From: Octopus sinensis
Lineage: Eukaryota
Direction: 5' to 3'
DNA: 31,895 nt
NCBI RefSeq assembly: GCF_006345805.1
Contig: NW_021832162.1
Coordinates: forward strand, 1-31,895
Within the stretch, counting starts at the first letter, position 1; the number at the start of each line of letters is the position of its first letter. The position numbers and the translations under genes were made by a program. The notes below the pieces were generated by a model. That model did not search any database, was not told the origin of the DNA, and saw only the letters and a program-made list of their open reading frames with translations. Of the stretch, positions 12,000 to 23,231 are shown one piece after another.

Positions 12000-12490
12000 A
12001 GCTGCTTCTTCTTTTACTTCTTTTTCTTCTTCCCTTCATCATTCGATCTTATTTCTTTAGACTCTTCTACTTCTTCTTCTTTGTTTTTCTTCGTTATATT
12101 AATTTCTTCTTTTTCTTCTTCTTCTTCTTCTTCTTCTTCTTCTTCTTCTTCTTTTTTCTTAATTTCTTCTTCTTCTTCTGCTTCTTCTTCTTCTTCTTCT
12201 TTTTTCTTAATTTCTTCTTCTTCTTCTTTTTCTTAATTTCGTCTTCTTCTTCTTCTTCTTCTTCTTTTTCTTAATTTCTTCTTCTTCTTAATTTCTTCTT
12301 CCTTTCTTTGTTTTTCTTCTTCTTCTTCTTCTCCTTTTCTTCTTCCTTTTCTTTGTTTTTCTCATTTTTCTTAATTTCTTCTTTTTCTTTGTTTTTCTTC
12401 TTTTTCTTAGTTTCTTTGTATTTGTCATCTTCTTTTTCTCCTTCTCCTTCTTCTTCTTCTTCTTCTTCACCTCTTCCTCCTCCTCTTTCT
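12000..12490. repeat. (CTT)n/(GAA)n polypyrimidine-polypurine tract
   Basis: About 490 bp almost purely C/T on plus, punctuated about 8 times by cttaatttc. Confidence 0.95.
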
Positions 12491-12960
12491 ACTTTTGTTA
12501 AGGTATTGGATGAGTTGGTTATCATTGAATGAGTGCAGTCATGTGATCTGTCTTATCACACTTTTGATATTCTGCTAATGCTGCTACCTGTTTCTATTTT
12601 TATGTGAATTTGTCCTGTAACTCACAGGTGGGAGACAACCCAACATTGATTTGGTTATGCAAACTTTTCTGGTCATACAAAACTTAACAGATTGTTTGGA
12701 TGAATGGGAGCTCTCTAGAAAACATGTTCTTCATTAATGGTTGAGAAGAATCATATATAACTTTCTGCTGAATATCACCAGTTGTTTCAGCATCCGGAAT
12801 TTCTCAGTGAAACATAGTCTACAGTTTCATGTAACTGTATTATGTGAGTTGTTCAATCTACAGCATTGCAGTTGCATGGTAAAGTTCAGCTCAATGGTTT
12901 CTTAGTTTCCAAATGAAGTGAGATAAAAAGGAATAGCGATTTTTTTATCATTTGATCTGA
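12490..12960 (+). pseudogene. Degenerate hAT (ZBED-like) transposase fragment
   Basis: Across frameshifts: SYHTFDI...LVMQTF/SGHT..NLTDCLDEWELSRKHVLH*WLR...ALQL, matching the hAT pattern SFTTDIW...F.GSHT..I...L.EW.I...VH.VLRDN...HTLQL. Confidence 0.55.
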
Positions 12961-13177
12961 ATGTTTGTATATGTTGGTTATATCAGATCTTAAAGACATT
13001 TGTGGGGAGTCAAGTATAATTCTTCTTATTACCATCTGTGAACATTTTACCTGCCCTCTCTCTATATATTACTGTCTCCTAACACACACTTATACACAAG
13101 ACACATACACCCATGCATCTGCATATATATGCATATATGGTACGTATACACACATTGTTTTACACTTAGTCACTTAA

Positions 13178-13342
13178 CCCTTTAGCATTCAGATTACTCT
13201 GTCAAATGTAATTCTTATTCATTCACATTTTTTAATATTCATCTAATATTACCTTGTGCTTTTGAGGGTCAGATCTGGCCAGTTCAAACATAAAGTTGAT
13301 GGAATATTAGGGCCAGATATGGCTGGTGAAAACGCTAAAGGG
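13178..13342. mobile_element. piggyBac-type MITE (165 bp)
   Basis: TTAA|CCCTTTAGCATT ... AACGCTAAAGGG|TTAT: TIR 11/12, one TTAA target copy mutated. Confidence 0.85.
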
Positions 13343-13403
13343 TTATGCCAATAGACCGAAGGTATGTTAAGGCACTGCCTATAAAATTATTTCAGCCTTA
13401 TAT

Positions 13404-13810
13404 CAGGTATAGAATATACATTTACCTATTATTTAAACATTATAATTTAATCAATATTTAAACGTAACTTGAAACATTCTTCTTTGCAAAAATAGTGCAA
13501 ATGTTGCATACTGCTTGCTAAACTTCTTTTGTTTATTGTTTACTCTTAACTAAATATGTTGGCTCAAACAAAACATGAGCAAATTATAGCAATAAAACTG
13601 GCTGGTTTAAAGAATTGTGAGGTGGGAATGGTGGGTATGAAGAACTAAGGAATATGGTGAAAGCAAAGGATGGGCATTTTGGATTCTAAATATATGTAAA
13701 ATGTTGCTAATAAAAGAAACAATCGACCTGCAAACTTGCATTAACCAAAACCTGAAACTTTTTATTTTATAATAAAATGAATAATCGGTGAAAAATATAT
13801 GCTGCACCTA
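13404..13810 (+). mobile_element. Old non-autonomous Tc1/mariner derivative
   Basis: Degenerate inverted ends (caggtatagaatatac...acctattatt versus taggtgcagcatatat...accgattatt) and an internal transposase-like N-terminus MLAQTKHEQIIAIKLAGLKNCEV from 13556. Confidence 0.4.
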
Positions 13811-13885
13811 GTGTGTGTGTGTGTGTGTGCATTTGTGTAAATATGTATAGATAGATGGATATACAGATAGATATTCATAAGTATA

Positions 13886-14047
13886 GGTGCATGAGTGGCT
13901 GTGTGGTAAGTAGCTAGCTTCTCAACCACATGGTTCCAGGTTCAGTTCCACTGCTTGGCATCTTGGACGAGTGCTTTTTACTATAGTCTCAAGCCGACCA
14001 AAGCCTTGTGAGCGAATTTGGTAGATGGAAACTGAAAGAAGTCCGTC

Positions 14048-14109
<62 letters not shown>

Positions 14110-14277
14110 TGTGTGTGTTTCCCCCCACCCTCATCATTCAGCAAAAGAGACCAATAAAATAAGTACTAGGTTTACAAAGAATAAGTCCTGGAGTCAATTT
14201 GTTCAACTATAAGGCAGTGCTCCAGCATGGCCGCAGTCAAATGACTGAAACAGGTAAAAGAATAAAATAGTAAAAGG
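13886..14277 (+). mobile_element. Full-length SINE family A
   Basis: Colinear with 7963-8366; the internal tract here is (TG)n. Confidence 0.93.
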
Positions 14278-14303
14278 ATATATATATATATATATATGAT
14301 GTG

Positions 14304-14455
14304 CTCCATGCAGTTTCTTTCTGCCAAGTTCTCTCACAAGATAGTGGTCAGCCAGGGACTACAGCAGAAGACACTTGCTCAAGGTGTTCCACGGTGGGAC
14401 TGAACCCCAAAGCAGGTCTGTTCAAGCAAGCTTTGTAACCAAACAACCATGCCTA
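14304..14455 (-). mobile_element. Degenerate SINE family A, 5' half, inverted relative to the adjacent copy
   Basis: agaagacacttgctcaaggtgttccacggtgggactgaacccc is the reverse complement of the family A head. Confidence 0.75.
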
Positions 14456-14466
14456 AGACTGTAGAA

Positions 14467-14775
14467 CAGTGATTCCCAAACTTTTTCAGGCTGCTGCCCC
14501 CTTGACGACTAGGCCACATTCCTAGTGACCCCAACCCAACTAACCATCACAGACATAGACCTTTTTCTCAAGCAGGTTCAAAGCAACTGGTTTTTCACAA
14601 ACAAAACTTAACCTAATGAACCCAGTATTTTGTTGTTTTACATGAATCGCTAACCCCTTATTGCCCTATTTTTACATGAATTGTTACCCCATTATCGCTC
14701 CACTTTTCTTCAACATCCTCTTGGAACTTTCCACCCCCTCCAGGGAAGCAACACCGCCTATTTTGGGAACCACTG
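14467..14775. mobile_element. hAT-Charlie-type MITE (309 bp)
   Basis: TIR CAGTGATTCCCAAA / TTTGGGAACCACTG; 8-bp TSD ctgtagaa (14459-14466) and ctgtagag (14776-14783), close to the Charlie nTCTAGAn target. Confidence 0.92.
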
Positions 14776-15279
14776 CTGTAGAGTAAACAGTGTACCATCA
14801 TGAAGATACTGATGAGAAAGAAACCTCCCCATGGATAGACACCAGTCTACTGTAGGAGACATTCCCCAATAATCAAATAGAACCTTTTTGAGAGCCAAGG
14901 TACTGAGGTAATGCAGAATAAAGAGTACCACCACAAAGATGCTGTTATGGGAGATAAAACTCCTCTTGGATAAGGCACCAGTCATTCACTTGTAACATTC
15001 TCTGATTATCAAGTGGTACCTAATAACAGCTAGGTGTACTGAGGCAATGTAAAATGTAATGTACTGCCACCAGAAACAGTGACGTGAGATCAATCTCTCC
15101 CTGGATATGACATTGTGATGATCGGGGGTGGGGGCATACCCCTTCCTACTGACAGCTTAGTTGAGATTTAGCTGTTATTTCTAACAAGATATGCAACTAC
15201 ATATTTTCTATTTTTGTGTGAATTTGTGCTTTGCTGACTATTAAAGGTTCCACTCATTAAGGTCAGTGGTTATTGCTGC

Positions 15280-15685
15280 TGTTGTTGTTGTTGTTGTTGT
15301 TGTTGTTGTGGCTATTGTCAGTGGTTGTTGGTAGTATATTATCTTTCTTATTTATTTTCAAAAAAAAACTGCCCCCACCCCACCCCCACCACCAACAACA
15401 ACAACATCACTACCACTGACATCACCCCCATCGATGCCATCATCACTACCACCCCCCATCCAATACCTCTGCCATCACTATCACTACTGCCACGACCACC
15501 ACCACTGCCACCATCATCATCATCATCACCACCACCACCACCACTATCATCATCATCACCATCATCACCGCCACCAGTACTACAGCTACCATCACCACCA
15601 CTACCACCACCATCAACACCACCATCACAAATATGATCACTGCTGCTACCATCACCATCACCACCCCTATCATCACTACCACTAC

Positions 15686-15717
<32 letters not shown>

Positions 15718-15873
15718 CCACCACCACCACCACTATCATCATCATCACCATCATCACCGCCACCAGTACTACAGCTACCATCACCACCACTACCACCACC
15801 ATCAACACCACCATCACAAATATGATCACTGCTGCTACCATCACCATCACCACCCCTATCATCACTACCACTA

Positions 15874-15904
<31 letters not shown>

Positions 15905-15925
15905 CTGTAACAACAACAACAAAAG
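15280..15925. repeat. (CAC/CAT)n low-complexity tract containing a 189-bp tandem duplication
   Basis: Marker gccaccagtactacagctacc occurs at 15570 and 15759. Confidence 0.92.
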
Positions 15926-16319
15926 AATGTAGTATTGTCAACAGAAAATTTATATTCTTCAGAATTTTTCAGTTTTTCATTTTAACAATAACGTAAAAAA
16001 AAAAAAATTGCCAAAACAAGAAAAAAGAAAAGATTATAAATGAAATATAGAAATTGTGGGTGGGTGGAGGGAAGAAAAAATTTAAATAGATATTGGACAA
16101 AAAATAAAATATTTAAAAAAAAAGGAGGGAAAACATTAAAAAAAAAACAGAAAATAGCAGAATAAATTAGTGAATATGAAAATTTGGGTTGAAATAAATG
16201 AAAAATATTCACATGTATTGTGTGTGTATGTGTTGTGTATGTGTGTGGTGCATGTATTGCAGATATAATATAAAATATGAATATACATATGGTAAACTCA
16301 ATATCTACTATATATATAT

Positions 16320-16353
<34 letters not shown>

Positions 16354-16552
16354 CATGGCACACACAGGTATATGTGTATGCATTTGTGTGTGCATGTTTA
16401 AGTGTGTATACATGCATGTATGCATGTATTGATGTAGATATGTACACACAAATTTATGTATGTATGTGTGTGTATATATATATGTATGTATATATATACA
16501 TGTATATATATATATATACATACATACATATATATATGTGATATATATATAT

Positions 16553-16583
<31 letters not shown>

Positions 16584-16899
16584 TACATATATATAAGATT
16601 ATTGCTCTGAGGAGTGTTTCTATTCTCTCTCTCTCTCTCTCTTTCTCTCCCCTAACCCTCTGCACGTATAAAACTAGCAAATGTATACATTCTGATGATG
16701 CAACATCTGAGAAGATACCTCTCCCCACTTTCCCTCTCCTTCTCCCTCTCTCCCTCTCTCTCTCCTTACTCTACATAATATCGCATAAACTGTTAAATTT
16801 TATAGCCACCTTCATTGGACTTCATATCAATGAATACGTTAGCACCACCCACCACACACACAGCCACTCACATGAATATGAGTCTATTCTGCATCCGTG

Positions 16900-16964
<65 letters not shown>

Positions 16965-17416
16965 TTGTGTGTTTGTGATGTGTTAATATATGTGTCTATG
17001 TGTGTGAACGCTTCTATATATACATATATCAAAAATATGTACATATGTATACACACATACAGTATAACATATTTGTCATATTTATATTGATATTTCTGTA
17101 TATATATATATATATATAAATAATTTTCTGCGTGTGTGTGTGTGCAAGCATGCACATTTGGGCGTGTGCTATATAATATACTATATAGAGTGTAACACAC
17201 ACACACACAAACTTATGTATCTATATGCATTATATTTTTTACCATATTGTATATTTTCTTTCATCTGTTAATGATATTTCTAGAACTTTCTTTGCAGAGT
17301 TATTAATTTATTCACCCACTCCTCTGTGTGTCTGTGTATGTATATATATATATATATATACACACACATATATATATGAGTGTGTGTGTGGGTCTGTGTG
17401 TGTTGATATATATATA

Positions 17417-17459
<43 letters not shown>

Positions 17460-17619
17460 GTATATACATTGTTTATGTATGTGTATATATATATATGTGT
17501 GTACAGACACCCTGTGCAGAAAAAGTTAGAGAATAGTATTTCATTTTGTATTTTTATATCTTGTCTTTCTGTTCCTCCATCTATCATCCTAATTTTGAGC
17601 ATATATCTGTGCATATATC

Positions 17620-17684
<65 letters not shown>

Positions 17685-17847
17685 GTCTGTCTATCTATTT
17701 CTCTGTCAGTTTCTCTCTCTTTCTTTCTCGCTCTCTCTCTCCCACTTTATATATGTGTGTGCATGGTGTGTGTGTGTATTTATATATATACATACACACA
17801 TATACACGCACACACACACACAGACACACATAGTCATTATGTAATGC

Positions 17848-18210
17848 AGTGATTAGAGGTGAAAGCTTAAAAGCCAGCAATATCCTCCGCAGAAAAACAC
17901 CCACATATCTCGCACCCCTCTGCCCAGCCACCCCCTATTGTCTCGACCCACAAAACAATTGGTTGACTGTTTGTATTTCCTGATATCCCATTCTCTCCTT
18001 ATCCTTTAGCACCCAACCCAACTCATTCCAACCACCTCATTCCACTCTACTGCTGTTAACCCTTTATTCCATCATTCTTTCATACCCTCTATGCCTTTAT
18101 TCCATAAATACCTGATGCTCGATATCTACTTAAGCCCATTATGCTCTCAGCTATAACTGCTCTGTATTCCATTAGGGGTCTCTATTTAACCTGATGTTCA
18201 TTTAACTCAT
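17848..18210 (+). mobile_element. Decayed Penelope-like element, GIY-YIG endonuclease region
   Basis: Across frameshifts: VIRG...IS(R/C)T-LCPATPY...TKQLVDC...FQPPHS...RYLLKPIMLSAITALYSIRGLYLT-stop, matching IRG...ISCTLC..LYIGETKRRLADRF...HF..P.HS...R..LE..I..L.TL.P.GLN. Confidence 0.6.
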
Positions 18211-18284
18211 TATGAAGCTACGCCTTTGATGTTATATTTATCATACTCTTATTTCATTATCTCTTATCGGTTCCTTGTTGTCAG

Positions 18285-18545
18285 TTGTTGGAATGTGACC
18301 ATGCTGGGGCATTGTGTTGAAGGATTTTTTTTTTTGTAGAATAAATCCCCTCTGGTGCTTATAGTTGTAGGGAGTTAGGCGGTGGCGGGGAGGAGTTGGG
18401 TTTTTTATAATTTCATTTCTTAATTATTTTCGGGACGGTACTCGTTCTGTTGGTCTCTTTTGTTGTACTGCTAAGTTACAGTACCAAAATAAACTAACAT
18501 TTGTCAAGTGGTGGCAGGCAGGGTGACAAACAAGCATTAAGACAT
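18285..18545 (-). mobile_element. Degenerate SINE family A, 3' half
   Basis: gaccatgctggggca...ctgttggtctcttttg...ctgctaagttac...tgtcaag match the family A reverse complement. Confidence 0.65.
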
Positions 18546-18639
18546 ACACACATAAACACATAGATACATGCACACACACCCACACACATATATATATACA
18601 TATACAGTATATAGATAAAGATATATATATATATATATA

Positions 18640-18846
18640 TAATTAGGGTTCAGCAAAGATTTATTTTACCACATACTGAAGTTTAGAAATAGCAACCAAA
18701 AAAATCTTAGCTATTTTTTCTATTTTAAAAGGGACTCCTGGAGAATGGGTTTCTCTTTTAAAGTAGAAGAAATAGCTAAGATTTTTTTGGCTGCTATTTC
18801 TAAACTTCGGTATGTGGTAAAACAAATCTTTGCTGAACCCTAATTA
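18640..18846. mobile_element. Foldback/palindromic MITE, 92-bp arms, 23-nt spacer
   Basis: Arms 18640-18731 and 18755-18846 are reverse complements with 5 mismatches; ends are compatible with a TA target. Confidence 0.85.
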
Positions 18847-18949
18847 TTAAGTATTACTTGAGTTTACCGTGAAATGGTCCTTTTTTCATACCGAATTCTA
18901 CTTGGTGAAATTATTGATTGCTTCTTAATTAATTAATTTTACCCTTTGT

Positions 18950-18988
<39 letters not shown>

Positions 18989-19104
18989 TGTATGTTATGT
19001 ATGTATGTGTGTGTGTGTATGTATGTATCTTAGATTGGCTGTCTTTAAATGACTAAAGAACCAATCTATTCTATGTGTGCAGATATTCTAAGCATATCTG
19101 CACT

Positions 19105-20490
19105 CAGATGTTGGTGTCTACATTTACCTCAGAGCCACAGGTAAGGTCTTTGATGTCACACACTTCAATGCAAAATCAAAGACTTTCCAGGTTCTTGTTT
19201 ATGAGTTCCTTTATGCTATTGATGTAGATTTTGCTGCTCACACTGTAGAAGACTTCCAGGCTATAATGGATCTCTTCTCTTGAGTGTGCACTGCTTTTGA
19301 ACTCATCATCAGTCTGAAGAAAGCAAAGGCCATGTTCTCTTATCCTCCAGGTTTGCTCTACGTCCAACCTAACATCTTCGTACAGAGCACAAGATTGGTT
19401 GTGATCAACTTTTTTGTCTAGTTTGGCAGTATTCTCTCTATAGATTGCTCCCCTGCTTCTGAAATAATTGTGAGGGTTGAAAAAGCCAGTAAAGTATTTG
19501 GAAGGCTTGAAAACCATGTGTGGTTGGACAGAGGTATCAGCATCGAAACCAAACTCAGCATCCATGGATTGAGCATCTTATCTGCTCTTTTGTACTCTCC
19601 TGATGCATGGATGTCACATCAGGGTTTTAGAAAGATTCTATGAAACTTGCCTTAAGAGGATCTTAAACATCAGGTTTTAGAAAGATTCTATGAAACTTGC
19701 CTTAAGAGGATCTTAAACATCAGGTTTTAGAAAGATTCTATGAAACTTACCTTAAGAGGATCTTAAACATCAGGTTTTAGAAAGATTCTATGAAACTTGC
19801 CGTAAGAGGATCTTAAACATCAGGTTTTAGAAAGATTCTATGAAACTTGCCTTAAGAGGATCTTAAACATCAGGTTTTAGAAAGATTCTATGAAACTTGC
19901 CTTAAGAGGATCTTAAACATCAGGTTTTAGAAAGATTCTATGAAACTTGCCTTAAGAGGATCTTAAACATCAGGTTTTAGAAAGATTCTATGAAACTTGC
20001 CTTAAGAGGATCTTAAACATCAAACAGAAGTCTCTAGCACCAGACACTGTTGTCCTTTAGCAAATCAACACATCCAGTAGTAAAATGCTCCACCTCATAC
20101 ACAAGCTGATGCGATGGGCTGGTTACCTTAGAAGGATGCTGGGGGACTGGTCACCTGATCAGTTGTTTTAAGGGGATTTTCAATGTAGTAAACCTCCAAG
20201 CCATAAACCTAAAGATCCGTTTTAGGAGTGCCTTAAGGGTCTTAGTGTGAATGTTGAAGACAAAGATCAGATGATGGAAAATAGATCGGTTCGAAAAGAA
20301 GGGACCTACAATGGTTGTAAAGGGTTTGAAACATGGAGAATTGAACAATCAATCTTGAAAGAAGGAATTTATAAGCAATACTTGAATTCAATCCCAGACA
20401 CTTTTCTGCCTGAAAATGTTTCTGACATCTGCATTTAGAGTCTGTTTGTCCAAAGCTGGACTTGGTTACTCATAGGAGATCGCATAACAC
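19105..20490 (+). mobile_element. 5'-truncated, decayed RTE-clade LINE (RT C-terminal part to ORF end)
   Basis: DVGVYIYLRATGKVF...EFLYAID (FADD equivalent)...LIISLKK...KASKVFGRLENHVW...TKL...LLYS..AW...LERFYETCLKRILNI...LMRWAGYLRRM...DICI-RVCLSKAGL-VTHRRSH; several stops and frameshifts. Confidence 0.92.
19621..20020. repeat. Minisatellite, 8 x 50 bp
   Basis: Unit caggttttagaaagattctatgaaacttgccttaagaggatcttaaacat. Variants only at 19749 (G>A), 19802 (T>G) and the first bases of copy 1; no spacers. Confidence 0.98.
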
Positions 20491-20660
20491 CATTTACTAA
20501 TTGAGGAGACACGCACACACACACGCATGCACACACACACACACACACACACACATGTACATACATACATGCATAATACATATCTAGATATGCAACTATA
20601 TGCAAGAAAACATATACATAAAACAAAACATACATACATACAAACAAACAAAAACAGAAG

Positions 20661-20750
20661 ACACATGCTCAAGGTGCCACGCAGTGGGAGTGAACCCGGA
20701 ATCATGTGGTTGGTAAGCAAGCTACTAACCACACAGCCTCTCCTACGCCT
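20661..20750 (-). mobile_element. SINE family A head fragment
   Basis: gctcaaggtgccacgcagtgggagtgaacccggaatcatgtggttggtaagcaagctactaaccacacagcc is the reverse complement of the family A head. Confidence 0.88.
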
Positions 20751-20792
20751 AATGGTAAGAAATCTTGAAATTGAACTGAACAATGACATACA

Positions 20793-20842
20793 TAACAGTT
20801 CAGTGATAATTTTGCAGCTGCAAAATTATCACTGAACTGTTA
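20793..20842. repeat. Perfect 50-bp spacerless palindrome
   Basis: TAACAGTTCAGTGATAATTTTGCAG|CTGCAAAATTATCACTGAACTGTTA. Confidence 0.97.
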
Positions 20843-21261
20843 CTCAGGGTTTCATGCTCCTGCTCATCAGACTGTTGGGATGAGAACTTTTGCACTTATG
20901 TGCTCACCTGTGTATGTGTGTGTGTGTGTGTTTGTGTGCGTATGTGTGTGCGTGTGCATTTGTGTGTGCATTTATGTGTGTGTGTGTGTTTGTGTGTGTG
21001 TATATGTGTGCATTTATGTGTGTATATGTGTGTGTCTGTGTGTCTGTGTCTGTGTGTCCATTCTATATCTGAAAACATTTCTCACCTTACTCATAAATAC
21101 TCTAGCTTCGTACATACATTTATACTTCAGGTGCGTACATGTAAATGTTTGATGTATATGTGCACCTAAATGACTGCGTGCATTTGAGTGTGGCCAGCGT
21201 GCACTACAGTGTCATACACACATATGGACATATACATTATATATATATATATAATATATAT

Positions 21262-21303
<42 letters not shown>

Positions 21304-21533
21304 CATATATGCATATATATATATACATACATATACACACATATCTATATATAGTTTGATAGATAGATATATATAGATAAATATATATATATGTACATAC
21401 ACATATACAAACATGCATATATATACATATATATATATATGTATGTGTATATATATATATATATATATATGTAGTATAGATATATATTTATATACAATTT
21501 ATAAACATGTATATATTCACATATATACATATA

Positions 21534-21566
<33 letters not shown>

Positions 21567-21924
21567 AACATGCACACACACATATATATACACACACACA
21601 AACATAATCATATATACATGTACATATCACACACACATATACGTGTATATATACATATATCCATATGCAGATACATACATCCATGCACATAATATATACC
21701 TTCACATACATAAATACATATATACATATATACATACATACCTACATACATACATACACATAGATATATATATAGATGTGTAAATAGATATACAGGTACA
21801 CACATTGTTTTATGTGCATGTGCATGCGCTTACACACACACGTACACACACACCTGCACACACACCTGCACACACTGATAACTCATTCACATGTGATTTA
21901 CCTAAGTGTACTTAATATGCTCAG

Positions 21925-22021
21925 TGTGCACCAATGCACCGTTGCACTGTTGCACCGGTACAAATGTCAATACAAATAGATATTCACTCCCGCAGTGGTT
22001 GCATCATATTCAATGTACTTG
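21925..22021 (+). CDS. Weak candidate internal exon of an unidentified host gene (alternative acceptor at 21996)
   Basis: Donor TTG|GTAAGT at 22022; acceptors gctcag|21925 or ctcccgcag|21996. Two frames are open, each phase-compatible with the 27421 exon. The 5' part contains an 8-bp tandem motif (TGCACCGT-like x4), which argues against coding. Confidence 0.3.
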
Positions 22022-22044
22022 GTAAGTTCATATACTTAGTTTAA

Positions 22045-22520
22045 TGAAGGTGGTGGTGGTGGTGGTTGTCATCGTCATCGTCGTGCTGGTGGCAGTGGTC
22101 GTCATGGCAGCGTTGACAGCAGTGGTGATGGTGACAGTGATGGTCGTGGTGGTGGTGGTGGTGATTGTGGGATGATGGTGGTCATGGTGATGGTGGTGGT
22201 AACGGTGATGGTGACAGCGGTGGTGGTGGTGATGGTTAATCATGGTGGTGATTGTCAATGGTTGTCTCCATATTCATGGTGTTAGTAGTGGTGGTCGTCA
22301 TGTCAGCAGTGATGGCATCAGTGATATTGGTGGTGGTGGTGGGGTGTGGTGGTAGCCTCAGTATTAGTGTTGTGTCTCTTGGTGGTGATGCTAATGGTTG
22401 TTCTGGTAGTGTTGGTAGAGATGGTAATGGCTCTTGTGGCCACAGTTGTGGTGATGTTAATGGTTGTGGTGGTGATGGTGGTGGTGGTGGTGGCAGTGGT
22501 GGTAGTGGTGGTGCTGCTGA
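22045..22520. repeat. (GGT/GAT)n low-complexity tract
   Basis: Directly visible; source of the poly-V/M/H/T ORFs. Confidence 0.9.
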
Positions 22521-22685
22521 TAGTACAAACCCCTAAAGACATCAACACCACTAAAGGAAGATAACTCAACAGGTTCTCTACCATTCACTAAACACAGAGG
22601 TTGTCATAAATCAACAAAAAAAACCATTGAGGTTGAATTTTGGCAAAAGTCAAAGACTGGAACAGATAGAACTGTAATGAATCTA

Positions 22686-23109
22686 TGTACTGTGGTTGTG
22701 TGATAAGAAGTTTCCTTGTCAACCACATGGTTCTGGGTTCAGTCCTGTTATATAGCACCTCAGGCAAGAGTCCTCCGCTATAACCTCTGGCTGACCAAAG
22801 CCTTCTGAGTGTGTTTTGTCGATGGAAACTAAAAGAAGCTCTTCATATATCTATGCATTCTTTTATTGTTTTACTTGTTTCAGTCATTTAACTGTGGCCA
22901 TGCTGGAGCATCACCTTCAGTCGAACAAATCGACCCCCCCTCCAGGACTTATTCTTAGTAAGCCTAGCACTTATTCTATCAGCCTCTCTTGCTGAACCAC
23001 TAAGTTACAGGGATGTAAACACCCCAACATCAGTTGTCAAGCTGTGGTGGGGGAACAAACACAGACAAACAAACACACACATAATCATATATATACATAC
23101 ATATATACA

Positions 23110-23183
<74 letters not shown>

Positions 23184-23190
23184 GTGTGTC

Positions 23191-23231
<41 letters not shown>

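Noticed and set aside
12628-12737. Terminal host exon GGRQPNIDLVMQTFLVIQNLTDCLDEWELSRKHVLH-stop
   Set aside because: The acceptor looks plausible, but the peptide and its flanks are better explained as a frameshifted hAT transposase remnant.
15348-15941. His-rich, Thr-rich or Gly/Asp-rich repeat protein (e.g. a biomineral or beak protein)
   Set aside because: Nearly all frames are open because of CAC/CAT repeats; no credible splice sites, signal peptide or consistent frame.
19621-20020. CRISPR array
   Set aside because: Units are contiguous with no unique spacers, derive from RTE coding sequence, have no cas genes nearby, and the DNA is eukaryotic.
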